Origin: an uncultured delta proteobacterium
GTDB lineage: Bacteria; Myxococcota; Myxococcia; Myxococcales; Myxococcaceae
Length of the DNA stretch: 64,000 nt
Direction of reading: 5' to 3'
Assembly (NCBI GenBank): GCA_963771175.1
Contig: CAVYSY010000040.1
Location: 192,001 to 256,000, forward strand
This document shows positions 27,095 to 38,738 of the stretch, one piece after another; the first letter of the stretch is position 1, and every line of letters begins with the position of its first letter. The notes under the pieces are model-generated. The model did not search any database. It was not told where the DNA came from and was given only the letters and a program-made list of their open reading frames with translations. The translations under genes were made by a program, and so were the position numbers.

Positions 27095-27589
27095 TCACTC
27101 CTCCTCGGACGGGACTTCCTCTTCCTGGGGAATCCCCACCTCCACCGAGGGCTGCGCGCCCTCCTGCTCCTCCAGCGTCACCGGGTTCTCGTCATCGAAG
27201 CCCTGCTGGACCTGGATCTCCCCAGGCTCCTGACTCTTCGCGGCCTCGGCGGCCTTCTTCTCCTCCAGCTCCTTCGCCGCCGCCTCCACCGCCGCGTTCT
27301 GCTTCGGCCCCATCCGGGCCGTCTGACGCGCGTAATCCTTCTCCGACACCCCGTGCTGGTCCCGGACCTCCTGGATGGCCTGCTGCTGCTCCTGGATGAC
27401 CTGCCGCCGCTCGGCGCTGTCCATCTCGGACGGCTTCCTGTTCCCGTGCGCGGCGTTCACGCGCTCCAGCGCGGTCTTCTCGTCACTGCGGATTCGCGCG
27501 ATCTGCTCGGGCGTGAGGTCCCCCGCGAGCGCGAGGCCCGGCGCGGCGAGCCAGGTCGACAGCAGCAGGACGGACAGACGGCGGGACAT
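27095..27589 (-). CDS. Secreted acidic hypothetical protein
   Basis: AGGAG RBS, signal peptide MSRRLSVLLLSTWLAAPGLALA and a Glu-rich C-terminus. Confidence 0.7.
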   Translation of the reverse strand: MSRRLSVLLLSTWLAAPGLALAGDLTPEQIARIRSDEKTALERVNAAHGNRKPSEMDSAERRQVIQEQQQAIQEVRDQHGVSEKDYARQTARMGPKQNAAVEAAAKELEEKKAAEAAKSQEPGEIQVQQGFDDENPVTLEEQEGAQPSVEVGIPQEEEVPSEEE

Positions 27590-27662
27590 GGGGACTCCTG
27601 GGGTGGTGACTCCCATCGTATGGGAGGTCGGGGGGCGGTGGGTAATCCCTCGAGGTTCGCTC

Positions 27663-27989
27663 TCAGCGGGCCCGGCAGCGCGTACAGCCATCCGTCGTCT
27701 CCGCGCAGGACTCCTGGGCCTGCACACACCGCCGCGTCAGATCCGTCCGGTCCGGATGGCGGGCCACCACCTCGCAGAAGTCCTCCGCCACGTCGCACGT
27801 CTGCGTGGCCTGGGTGCAGCGGTCCTCGCAGGAGGTCTCCCCGCCCGCCCCTCGGGACCGCAGCTCCTCGAGCCGCGCTTCGTAGGTGGCGAGCTGGTCG
27901 TCGTCCGAGCCGGCCACCCGGGTGGTGTCCACCTGCTTGGGGCATCCCACGAGGATCAGGGTCAGCAGGGCAAGGCTGGCAGCGCGCAT
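27663..27989 (-). CDS. Small Cys-rich lipoprotein
   Basis: GGAGGG RBS, lipobox LVGC and eight further cysteines in the C-terminal half. Confidence 0.75.
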   Translation of the reverse strand: MRAASLALLTLILVGCPKQVDTTRVAGSDDDQLATYEARLEELRSRGAGGETSCEDRCTQATQTCDVAEDFCEVVARHPDRTDLTRRCVQAQESCAETTDGCTRCRAR

Positions 27990-28031
27990 GTGCCCTCCCT
28001 TATGCTCGGCCGCTCGGCCCGTCCAGGGCTC

Positions 28032-28583
28032 TCAGCGTCCGATGGGTCTCGGTTGGACAGGTCGCTCCGGCGGCTCCTCGGGGCGGTTGCAGTACAGGTA
28101 CGCCGTCAGCCCCAGCAGGGCCAGCACCGCCAGCTTCCGCAGCCAGTCCTCCCTCGTGCGAGTCGGTGAGCCTTCCTCCTCGCGCTCGGCGGCATCGAGC
28201 GCCGCCGCCACTTCCGGGCCCAGCGCGCGCAACCGCCGGCACAGCGCCACCGGGCTCGTCAGCCCCGGGGGCACCGCCGCCGTCTCGCGCTCCAGCGCCT
28301 CGGTGAGGGCTCGTGCCCAGAGGGCCTCCTCCGCGTCGTTCTCCGGAGGTCGGCAGGGCAGGGCCGCCGCGGCCGTGAGGGCCAGTCCCGCCCGCAGCAG
28401 GTGCACGGAGAAGGCCTCCGGCGAGATGCCGTAGAAGGTCGCGCTCTCCTCCAGCGTGCGGCCCCGCACCAGCCGGAGCACCAGGAAGGCGGACTCGCGG
28501 TAGGGCAGCGCTCGCAGCGCCGCGCAGAGCTCGGGGGCCGAGAGGCGGGAGACGTCGGGAGGCAGGGGACACGCGCCTCTCAT
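28032..28583 (-). CDS. Sigma70 region-4-like HTH protein with a C-terminal TM helix
   Basis: LRALPYRESAFLVLRLVRGRTLEESATFYGISPEAFSVHLLRA matches the ECF sigma region 4 pattern; C-terminal LAVLALLGLTAYLY. Confidence 0.6.
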   Translation of the reverse strand: MRGACPLPPDVSRLSAPELCAALRALPYRESAFLVLRLVRGRTLEESATFYGISPEAFSVHLLRAGLALTAAAALPCRPPENDAEEALWARALTEALERETAAVPPGLTSPVALCRRLRALGPEVAAALDAAEREEEGSPTRTREDWLRKLAVLALLGLTAYLYCNRPEEPPERPVQPRPIGR

Positions 28584-28645
28584 TCTCCGTCATCCGCCGG
28601 CCGATTTCTTGAGCCATGAGCACCAACCCCTACACTCGGGCCACC

Positions 28646-29753
28646 ATGTGGCGACCTGTTGCACTCCTCCTGCTCCTGCTCGCGCCCCTCCGCGCGCTCG
28701 CCGTGGAGACGATGCGCATCGCCATGGGTGACTCCCAGGCCGAGGTGCGCGTGAGCGGCCGCGCCCTGTCCTTCGGCCCCGACACCGAGGACGCCCGCTT
28801 CTCCCCGCTCGACCGGGAGAGCGTCGTCGTGCGGCGCCGCGGCTCCCGTCTGGAGCTCAATGGGGCGCCCGTCATCGGCAACGCGGTGCGCTTCCGCGCC
28901 GGCGCGCACTCGGAGGACGCCGGCGTGCCCGGCTCCTCGCCTCTGCGCGCCGGAGACATGCAGGTGCGCGGCGACGTCGTGGTGCGCCTCTACAAGGACG
29001 CGCTCCAGCTCATCAACGTCATCCCGCTCGAGGACTACCTCGCCGGTGTGCTCGGCAGCGAGATGCCCGTCTCCTTCCCCCCCGAGGCCCTCAAGGCCCA
29101 GGCCGTGGCGGCTCGCACCTACGCCCTCCAGAAGAAGCTCGAGACCTACGGCGGCCCCTTCCACATGGGCAGCAGCGTGCTCCACCAGGTCTACGGCGGC
29201 CTCAACCGCGAGGACCCGCGCAGCCGCGCCGCCGTGGAGGCCACTCGCGGTGAGGTGCTCACCTACGAGCTCGCCCCCATCGAGGCCTACTTCCACGCCT
29301 CGTGCGGCGGCCGTACCGAGTCCGGCCAGGAGGCCCTCCAGCGCGACCTCCCGTACCTCCAGGCCGTGGACTGCCCGTGCGGCCGCCTGCCCGCCAGCCG
29401 CTGGAGCGCCACCGTCTCCGACTCGGAGCTGCATGCCGCACTGGGCCAATCCACCGAGGGCTTCCGCATCTCCTCTCGCAGCGCCACCCACCGGGTGAAC
29501 CGGGTGGTCAACGCCAACGGCCTCTCGCTCGATGGGGCGGCGCTCCGGCGGAAGCTCGGCTACACGAAGCTCAAGAGCCTGGGGTTCGACGTGGAGCGCA
29601 CCGGGGGCGCCTGGCACTTCAGCGGCCGCGGCTACGGCCATGGCGCCGGGCTGTGCCAGTGGGGCGCCAAGGCGCTCGCGGACGAGGGCCTCGCTCTACC
29701 GCGACATCCTCTCGCACTACTACCCGGGGACCGAGCTCCAGCAGCTCTACTGA
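28646..29753 (+). CDS. SpoIID/LytB-domain protein, putative lytic transglycosylase (frameshift near 29690)
   Basis: Signal peptide; INVIPLEDYLAGVLGSEMP, EALKAQAVAARTYA, QVYGG and GYGHGAGLCQWGA motifs; ILSHYYPG continues in the shifted frame. Confidence 0.9.
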
Positions 29754-29801
29754 CACATCCCGTTTCGTCGGGGCGCCCAGGCTGTTACAAGCCCGTCCTC
29801 C

Positions 29802-30888
29802 GTGTCGTCACTGCTCTCCGATTACGACTTCGAGCTCCCCGAGGCGCAGATCGCCCAGGCCCCCCTCGGCGCCCGCGATGCCTCCCGCCTCCTGGTGGTG
29901 AGCCGCTCCTCCGGTGCGAAGGCCCACCGCCGCTTCGCCGAGCTGCCCGAGCTGCTGCGCGAGGGCGACCTGCTGGTCGTCAACGACGCGCGCGTCATCC
30001 CCGCCCGCCTCCTCGGGCAGCAAGGTGGGGACCGGCGGCCGGGTGGAGCTGCTCGTCGTCCGCCCGGCGGCCTCCACGCTCACCTCGCAGGCGCTCGGCG
30101 GGGCCGCCGAGTCGCTGGAGTGGATCTGCCTCGGGCAGGCCTCCAAGGGCCTCAAGCCCGGGGCGCGCATCGCCTTCCCCGAGGGCCTGGAGGCCGAGGT
30201 GCTGGAGGCGCTCGGGGGCGGCGAGTACCGGGTCCGCTTCCACGCCGCGCCGGGCACGTCGCTCGCGGAGATGCTGGAGAAGGCCGGCCGCCTGCCGCTG
30301 CCGCCCTACATCACCCGCGCCCCCGAGGCCTCGGACGCCGAGCGCTACCAGACGGTGTACGCGCGGGCCTCGGGCGCGGTGGCGGCGCCCACCGCCGGGC
30401 TGCACTTCACCGAGGCCACCTTCGCGGCCCTGGAGGCCCGGGGCATCCGCCGCGTCGAGGTGACGCTGGACGTGGGGCCGGGCACCTTCCTCCCCGTGCG
30501 CGAGGAGAACCTGGAGAAGCACCACATGCACCCGGAGCGCTACTTCGTCTCCGAGGCCACCGCGCAGGCGGTGAACGCCGCCAAGGCCGAGGGACGCCGG
30601 GTGGTGGCGGTGGGCACCACCGTGGTGCGCACCCTGGAGTCGGCCACGGACCCGGAGACGGGGCGCCTGCGCTCCGGCCCGGGCGAGACGACGCTCTTCA
30701 TCCGCCCCGGCTTCGCCTTCCGGCAGGTGGACGTGCTGCTCACCAACTTCCACCTCCCGCGCTCCACGCTGGTGGTGCTGGTGAGCGCGCTGCTCGGCCG
30801 CGAGCGCACCCTGGCGGCCTACCGGGAGGCGGTCGCCGCCGGCTACCGGTTCTTCTCCTACGGCGACGCGATGCTGGTGACGGAGTAG
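29802..30888 (+). CDS. queA: S-adenosylmethionine:tRNA ribosyltransferase-isomerase (frameshift near 30020)
   Basis: [54 protein letters not shown] and [10 protein letters not shown] motifs. Confidence 0.95.
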
Positions 30889-30901
30889 GAGACACGACGC
30901 A

Positions 30902-32088
<1,187 letters not shown>

Positions 32089-32263
32089 CCCCCGCAAGGA
32101 GGGCGGGCGGGCACGACGCAGGACGGAAAGGCCGGGGCCTCCTCGTCCGTTCACTTGCTCGGGGTGTGTGCCCCCTGCTAAGAGGCCCCCCTTTCCGGTT
32201 TGTCCGTTGTCCAGTGGTGGACGGCGGCGTGGACGGAACTCCTTCTCGACGACGAGGCGGTTC

Positions 32264-32617
32264 GTGGCAGACAGCTTCCTGATCCTGGCGCAGGCCGCCG
32301 GCGGGACCCAGCGGCATGGTGAACATCCTGTTCATCGTCGCCCTGTTCGCCGATCATGTACTTCGTGATGATCCGGCCCCAGCAGAAGCAGCTCAAGGAG
32401 CACCGCGAGCTGCTCGCCGCGCTGAAGAAGGGCGACGAGGTCATCACCCAGGGCGGAATGATCGGCACGATCCACGTGGTGTCGGACGCGAGGTGACCCT
32501 CGAGGTCGCCAACGGCGTGCGCATCCGCGTGCTCAAGACGTCCATTGCCGGCAGGTATGCGGCGCGGCCGCCGAGGCCCCGGCCGCGAAGACCGAAGACA
32601 AGAAGGAGGAGAAGTAA
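32264..32617 (+). CDS. yajC: Preprotein translocase subunit YajC (frameshifted)
   Basis: Fragments MYFVMIRPQQKQ..., LKKGDEVITQGGMIG and VTLEVANGVRIRV, located between tgt and secD. Confidence 0.88.
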
Positions 32618-34390
32618 TGGACCGCAGCTGGTACTGGAGGCTGGGACTGGTCATCGCGCGTGACGCTGCGTGACCGTCTGGTTCCTGATCCCCTACCTAC
32701 TACTCGTTCTTCGTGCTCGACCGAAGCGAGCGCAACAACCTGGCGCTGCTGCAGGAGCGGCTGCCCAGGTGGGCCCCCCCCGCGAAGTACCGCCTCAACC
32801 TGGGGCTGGACCTGCAGGGCGGCATCCACATGGTGATGCGGGTGGACACCAAGACGGCGCTGCAGAAGCGCACCGAGCGCCGCGGCGATGCAGATCGCCA
32901 ACTACGTCAACGACAAGAAGCTCGGCGAGGTCACCGCGGACACGGACCCCGAGGCGCTCGCAGCTCACGCTGACCGCCAAGGACCCGGCCACCATGGACG
33001 CCATCGAGAAGGAGGTGCTCGCGACCTTCAACGACTTCGTCCGGGTGTCGCGCGAGGGGGCGAAGCTGGTGCTCACCCCGGACGAGGGCCAGGTGAACCG
33101 CTTCCGCGAGGAGTCGGTGGACCAGGCGATGCTCGTCATCCGCCGCCGCATCGACAAGTGGGGCGTGGCCGAGGTCGACGTGCGCAAGCTGGGCACCGAC
33201 TCCATCCAGATCTCCCTGCCGGGCCAGCAGGACCCGGAGCAGGCCAAGGAGCTGATCGGCACCACCGCGCAGCTCGAGTTCCGCATGGTGGACGACACCA
33301 CCGACTTCTTCCGGAAGACCTACCTGGAGACGCCGCCGCCGGAGGGCAGCAACATCACCCTGTCCACGTCCGAGGGCTTCCCGCAGCTCGAGGGCCCGAA
33401 CCGCGAGGCGCTGCTGGCCTACGTGAAGGGCAAGACGCCCGCCGACCGCGAGGTGCTGCTCGAGTGCGTCGCCAGCGCGACGAAGAAGGGCGCGTGCGAC
33501 AGCTACCGCACCTACCTGGTGGAGAAGGACGTGCCGCTGACGGGCGAGAGCCTGACGGGCGCGGACGCCTCGCTCAGCCAGCTCAACGAGCCCGAGGTGA
33601 ACATCACCTTCGACGCCGCCGGCGCTCGCGAGTTCGAGGAGCTCACCGAGAAGGGCACGGGCCGGCGCATGGCCATCGTGCTCGACGACAACGTGCAGTC
33701 GGCGCCGCGCATCAACGAGAGGATCGGCGGTGGCCGGGCGCGCATCACCATGGGCCGCTCGGGGGCCGTCCCCTGGAGCAGTGGCTGGCCGAGGCGCAGA
33801 CGCTGGCGCTGGTGCTCAAGGCGGGCGCGCTGCCGGCGCCGGTGACCATCGGCGAGATCCGCCAGGTGGGCGCCTCGCTGGGTGACGAGCTGATCCGCAA
33901 GGGCAGCCTGGCCGCGTCGCTGGGCCTGGCGCTGGTGGTGCTCTTCATGGCCCTCTACTACAAGGTCGCGGGCCTCATCGCCGACGTGGCGCTGGTGCTC
34001 AACGGCCTGCTCATCCTCGCCGGCCTGGCGCTCTTCAACGCCACGCTGACCCTGCCGGGCATCGCCGGCTTCGTGCTCACCCTGGGCATCGCGGTGGACG
34101 CCAACGTGCTCATCAACGAGCGCATCCGCGAGGAGCTCGGCCACGGCAAGACGGCGCGGCGCGCGGTGGACCAGGGCTACGACCGCGCCTTCTGGACCAT
34201 CTTCGACGCCCACGTCACCACGCTCATCGCCGGCTTCATCCTCTTCTTCACGGGCACGGGCCCGGTGCGCGGCTTCGCCACCACGCTGATCATCGGCCTG
34301 ATCGCCTCGCTCTTCACCTCCATCGTCGTGACGCGCGTCATCACGACCTACTTCGTCCACGGCCGCAACGCGCAGACGGTGTCGGTCTAG
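32617..34390 (+). CDS. secD: Protein translocase subunit SecD (several frameshifts)
   Basis: LNLGLDLQGG, RRIDKWGVAE, MAIVLD, LKAGALPAP, TLTLPGIAG, AVDANVLINERIREE and GPVRGFATTL motifs. Confidence 0.95.
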
Positions 34391-34410
34391 CTGGCCCCGA
34401 GGGAAAGCAG

Positions 34411-35586
34411 ATGCTGAAGACTCTCAACCAGATCCTCAAGAACAAGACGAACATCGACTTCATCGGCAAGCGCAAGCTCGCCATCTTCATCTCCACGGTG
34501 CTCAACCTGGCGATCCTCGTCGGCATCGCCATCTGGGGCTTCAACTTCGGCGTCGACTTCGCCGGCGGCACGGTGGTCGAGGTGAAGTTCGACAACGGAC
34601 ATCAGCGCGGCGGAGGTGCGCAAGCGCGCCGAGGCGGGCGGGCTGCACGACGTGTCGGTGCAGAGCATCGGCTCGGACGGGCGAGAACTCGTTCCTTCTG
34701 CGGCTGGGCGGCGTCACCCAGCTCACCGAGGAGAGCGCGGCCAAGGCCCAGGACGGCCCTCCAGGCGCTGGGGCCGGCTGAAGAGCATCGACGCCGGACC
34801 TGGCCAACGGCATCATCAACTTCCGCTCCGAGCAGGACGCTGAGCGCCGAGCAGATCGAGCAAGGCGGTGGAGGGCTCCGGCACGGGCGTGGAGGAGGTG
34901 CGCGCGCTGGGCCAGGCGCAGGCCGGCGGCTTCGACTACCAGGTCGTCGCCAGCGGCATGGCGGACCGGATCACGCGCCGCGCTGATGCCAGGGCCAGGA
35001 CAAGCCGGACTTCGAGATGCGCCGCATGGACTACGTCGGCCCGCAGGTCGGCAAGCAGCTGCGCAACCACGGCATCATGGCGCTGCTGTACTCCGATGAT
35101 CGCCATCCTCGTCTACGTGGCGTTCCGGTTCGACTTCAAGTTCGGCCCGGGCGCGCTGCTCGCCATGCTCCACGACGTGATCATGGTGACCGGCTACTAC
35201 CTGGTCAGCCGCGCGCGAGTTCAACCTCACCTCCATCGCGGCGCTGCTCACCATCGTCGGCTACTCGGTCAACGACACCATCGTGATCTACGACCGCATC
35301 CGCGAGGACATGGCCAAGTACAAGGGCAAGCCGCTGCGCGGAGATCATCAACATCGCGGTCAACGACACCCTGTCGCGCACCATCCTCACCTCGGGCGTC
35401 ACGGCGCTCTCGCTGGTCGGCCTGCTCATCTTCGGCGTGGGCGAGATCTGCGACTTCGCCGCGGCGATGCTCGTGGGCATCGTCGTCGGCACGTACTCGA
35501 CCGTGTACATCGCCAGCCCGCTCACCATCTGGCTGGACGAGCGCGCCGCGGCGCGCGAGGCCCGCCAGAAGGGCGGCGAGCGATGA
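34411..35586 (+). CDS. secF: Protein translocase subunit SecF (several frameshifts)
   Basis: [48 protein letters not shown] and GTYST motifs spread across frames. Confidence 0.93.
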
Positions 35587-35657
35587 AGCACCGGCCAACG
35601 TGCCGGGATGAAGGCGGCCTGAGCCACTCCGCGGGTGAGGGGATGACCCGCAGCCCG

Positions 35658-35701
35658 CGAAGGCCCTCCGCTCCGCGAACTCGCGGGGACGAGGGCCTTC
35701 G
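35658..35701. terminator. Hairpin between convergent secF and the OMP gene
   Basis: CGAAGGCCCTC...GAGGGCCTTCG inverted repeat. Confidence 0.65.
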
Positions 35702-35722
35702 GTTGTTTCAGGGGGCAGCGGC

Positions 35723-36320
35723 TTAGAAGCGGCCACCCACCGTGAGGCTGGCGTCCAGCAGGCCGCCGCTCGCGTCGCCCGGCACCGCCGCGTCCGCGAA
35801 GTCCTCGTCCACGAGGATGCGGTAGGTGCCGCGGATGCCCGCCGTCAGGGCCCCCGTGTTGAACTCGACGCCCGCCGCCAGCGGCACCTCCTCCATGAAG
35901 TCCGACTCGTACGGGCCCGTCGACCTCGCCGTGACGCGTAGACGTAGGAGACGCCCAGCCCCGCGCCCACGAAGGGGCGCACCTTCTCGAGGAAGGGCGG
36001 CGACAGCTTCACCAGGCTCGCTCGCGCCGTGGCGGATGAGCGAGGGCGCCTCGGCGGCCCGGAAGCGGTCGTCCGTCACGTCGTTGCTTGCGAGCCGTCG
36101 TAGCCCACCTCGAAGCCCGAGCATGTTGTAGGGCTGGAGGTTGAGGGTGACGCCCCAGGTGGGCCCCGTCGCGGTCAACCCGCCGAGGTCCCCCGTGTAC
36201 CCGCCGATGCCGCCGCCCAGGAAGACGTTCACATCCCCTTGCTTCTGCTGCGCCATCGCGGTACCGGCGAGCCGCCAGACCGAGCGCGAGTGCCGCCGCT
36301 CGGATGCCCCTGCGCGCCAT
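35723..36320 (-). CDS. Small outer-membrane beta-barrel protein (frameshifted)
   Basis: Signal [16 protein letters not shown]; Gly/aromatic amphipathic strands ([20 protein letters not shown]); C-terminal VGGRF. Confidence 0.7.
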
Positions 36321-36542
36321 GCCGACCCCCTTGTCGACTGGTTTGCACTTCAAGCTGCGCATCGCGTCGCAACGCGCGCGACCGGGCGGGCATCCGAGCG
36401 GGGCTCGGTCGCTCGCCTGCTGCACGGTCGACAGGGCGAGCCCCAGGTCGGGCTTCCCTTGGCGGAGACTTACGAGGTAGACTCGGCGTTGATTCTCTGC
36501 CTCGGGAGCCCGTGGGGGGCACGCCGACGAGGGGTTGCGAAC

Positions 36543-38265
36543 GTGCGTTGGCTGATTCCGGAGGTGCCCCAGGAGCAGGCCGCGTCGCTGGCGTCGGAGC
36601 TCGGGCTGCATCCGCTCGCGGCGCGCGTGCTCGTGCACCGCGGCTCGCGCACCCCGGAGGCCGCCTCGGCCTTCCTCTCGGACAAGCTGGCCGACCTGCC
36701 GGACCCGTTCCGGATGAAGGGCATGGTCGCCGCGGTGGAGCGGCTCACCCGCGCCATCCGCGCAGAGGGAGAAGATCACCCTCTACGGCGACTACGACGT
36801 CGACGGGGTGTGCTCCACCTCGCTGCTCTCCCTGTTCCTCCGCGAGCTGGGCGCGCGGCCCGGCCACCTACATCCCCCACCGGCTCGACGAGGGCTACGG
36901 CCTCAACCTCCAGGCGGTGGAGCGCATCGCCGCGGACGGCACCCGGCTGCTGGTGACGCTCGACTGCGGCATCACCTCCGTGGCGGAGATCGCGCGGGCG
37001 CAGGGAGCTGGGCCTGGACGTGGTCGTCGTCGACCACCACACGGTGCCGCCCACGCTGCCCCCGGCCGTGGCGGTGCTCAACCCGCACCAGCCCGGCTGC
37101 GAGTACCCCACCAAGCGCCTGTGCGCCGCCGGCGTGGCCTTCAACCTCTGCATGGGCCTGCGCAAGACGCTGCGCGAGGACGGCTGCTTCGCCACCCGCA
37201 CGCGAGCCCAACCTCAAGGCGCTGATGGACCTGGTGGCGCTGGCCACCGTGGCGGACGTGGTGCCGCTCACCGGCGCCAACCGCATCCTCGTGCACCACG
37301 GCCTCGCAGGAGCTGAGCCGCGGGTCGCCGCCCCGGCGTGCGCGCGCTCAAGGAGGTCGCCGGAGCTCGAGGCCGACAGCCCCGTCACCGCCGGGCAGGT
37401 GGGCTTCCGGCTCGGGCCCCGCATCAACGCCGCCGGCCGGCTCGATGACGCCTCGCTGGGGCTGCAGCTCCTGTGCTCCGAGACGCTGGACGCGGCGCGC
37501 CCGCTGGCGCAGGTGCTGGACCAGGCCAACGCCGAGCGGCAGGGGATCGAGAGCAGCATCCTCGCCGAGGCGCTCGCCCAGGCCGAGGAGCGGGCCGAGC
37601 AGGCGCGCGGCCTCGTGCTCTACGCCGAGGGCTGGCACCCGGGCGTCGTCGGCATCGTCGCCTCGCGCGTGGTGGAGCGCTTCCACCGGCCCACGGTGAT
37701 GGTGGGGGTGCAGGACGGGGTGGGGAAGGGCTCGGCGCGCAGCATCGAGGGCTTCCACCTCTACGACGCGCTCGGCGGCTGCGCCGAGCACCTGCTCGCC
37801 GCTTCGGCGGCCACAAGCACGCCGCCGGCCTCACCGTGGACGCCGAAGCACCTGCCGGCCTTCCGCGAGGCCTTCGAGCGGATTGCCCGTCAGCGGCTCA
37901 CGCCGGAGGACCTGATTCCCCGCTGCAAGGTGGACGCGGTGGTGGGCGTGAGCGAGCTGGACGAGCGCGCGGTGGAGGCGCTGCAGCGGCTCGGGCCCTT
38001 CGGACAGGGCAACCCCGAGCCGGTCCTCGTGCTGCGCCACCAGGTGGCCCGCCCGCGCGTGCTGCCGCACAAGTCCGGGGGCGCCGGCCACCTCAAGCTG
38101 GCCCTGGTGGACGCACCCGCCGTGGACGCCATCGGCTTCGGCATGGCGGACCGGCTGTCCCTCACCGAGGGGCCGGTGGACCTCGCCTTCCAGGCGAGCT
38201 TCGACACCTTCCGCGGCCAGCGGCGGCTGTCCCTCAAGCTCAAGGACCTGCGCGCCGCCGCCTGA
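36543..38265 (+). CDS. recJ: Single-stranded DNA exonuclease RecJ (several frameshifts)
   Basis: YGDYDVDG, GYGLN, TLDCGI, VDHH, ATVADVVPL, GPRINAAGR, GSARS, GGH.AAG and PFGQGNPEP motifs. Confidence 0.93.
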
Positions 38266-38275
38266 GGTCCGCCTC

Positions 38276-38497
38276 TCAGGCGATGCCCCAGCGCACCCGT
38301 CCCGGCGTCAGCAGCGCTCCCGCCTTCGCCAGATCGTTCATCCGGAAGCGCGCGGCCTGACGCTCGAAGGCGTTCCGGCACCGCTCCGAACAGAAGAAGT
38401 ACTTCCGCTTCTTGTACTCCGTGGATGGACGACCGTCGGGCGCCTCCAACTGCTTGCCGCAGATCGGATCCAGGTGTCGCTTCTGAACGTCAGTCAT
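38276..38497 (-). CDS. YHS/TRASH-domain small protein
   Basis: DPICGK...YKKRKYFFCSERC pattern; GGAGG RBS. Confidence 0.8.
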   Translation of the reverse strand: MTDVQKRHLDPICGKQLEAPDGRPSTEYKKRKYFFCSERCRNAFERQAARFRMNDLAKAGALLTPGRVRWGIA

Positions 38498-38738
38498 TGT
38501 CCCGCGCCTCCCCCAACCAGACTCGCCTGGGAGTCCAAAGCAGCGGGCGTGCCAGCGGCCAGCCTCGTGGATTCGAGGGGTTGCGGGCAGCGGTGTGTCG
38601 GGAGAGAGGTGACGCGCGGCCCGCGAAGGGAAAAACTTTCGCGAGCCGCGTGCCGCGCCATTCCAGTTCAGCGCCGCCCTGGACGGGGGAGGGCCCCCGT
38701 CCAGGATGCGCCGCCCTGGCGCGCTCGCCTGTCCAGGC

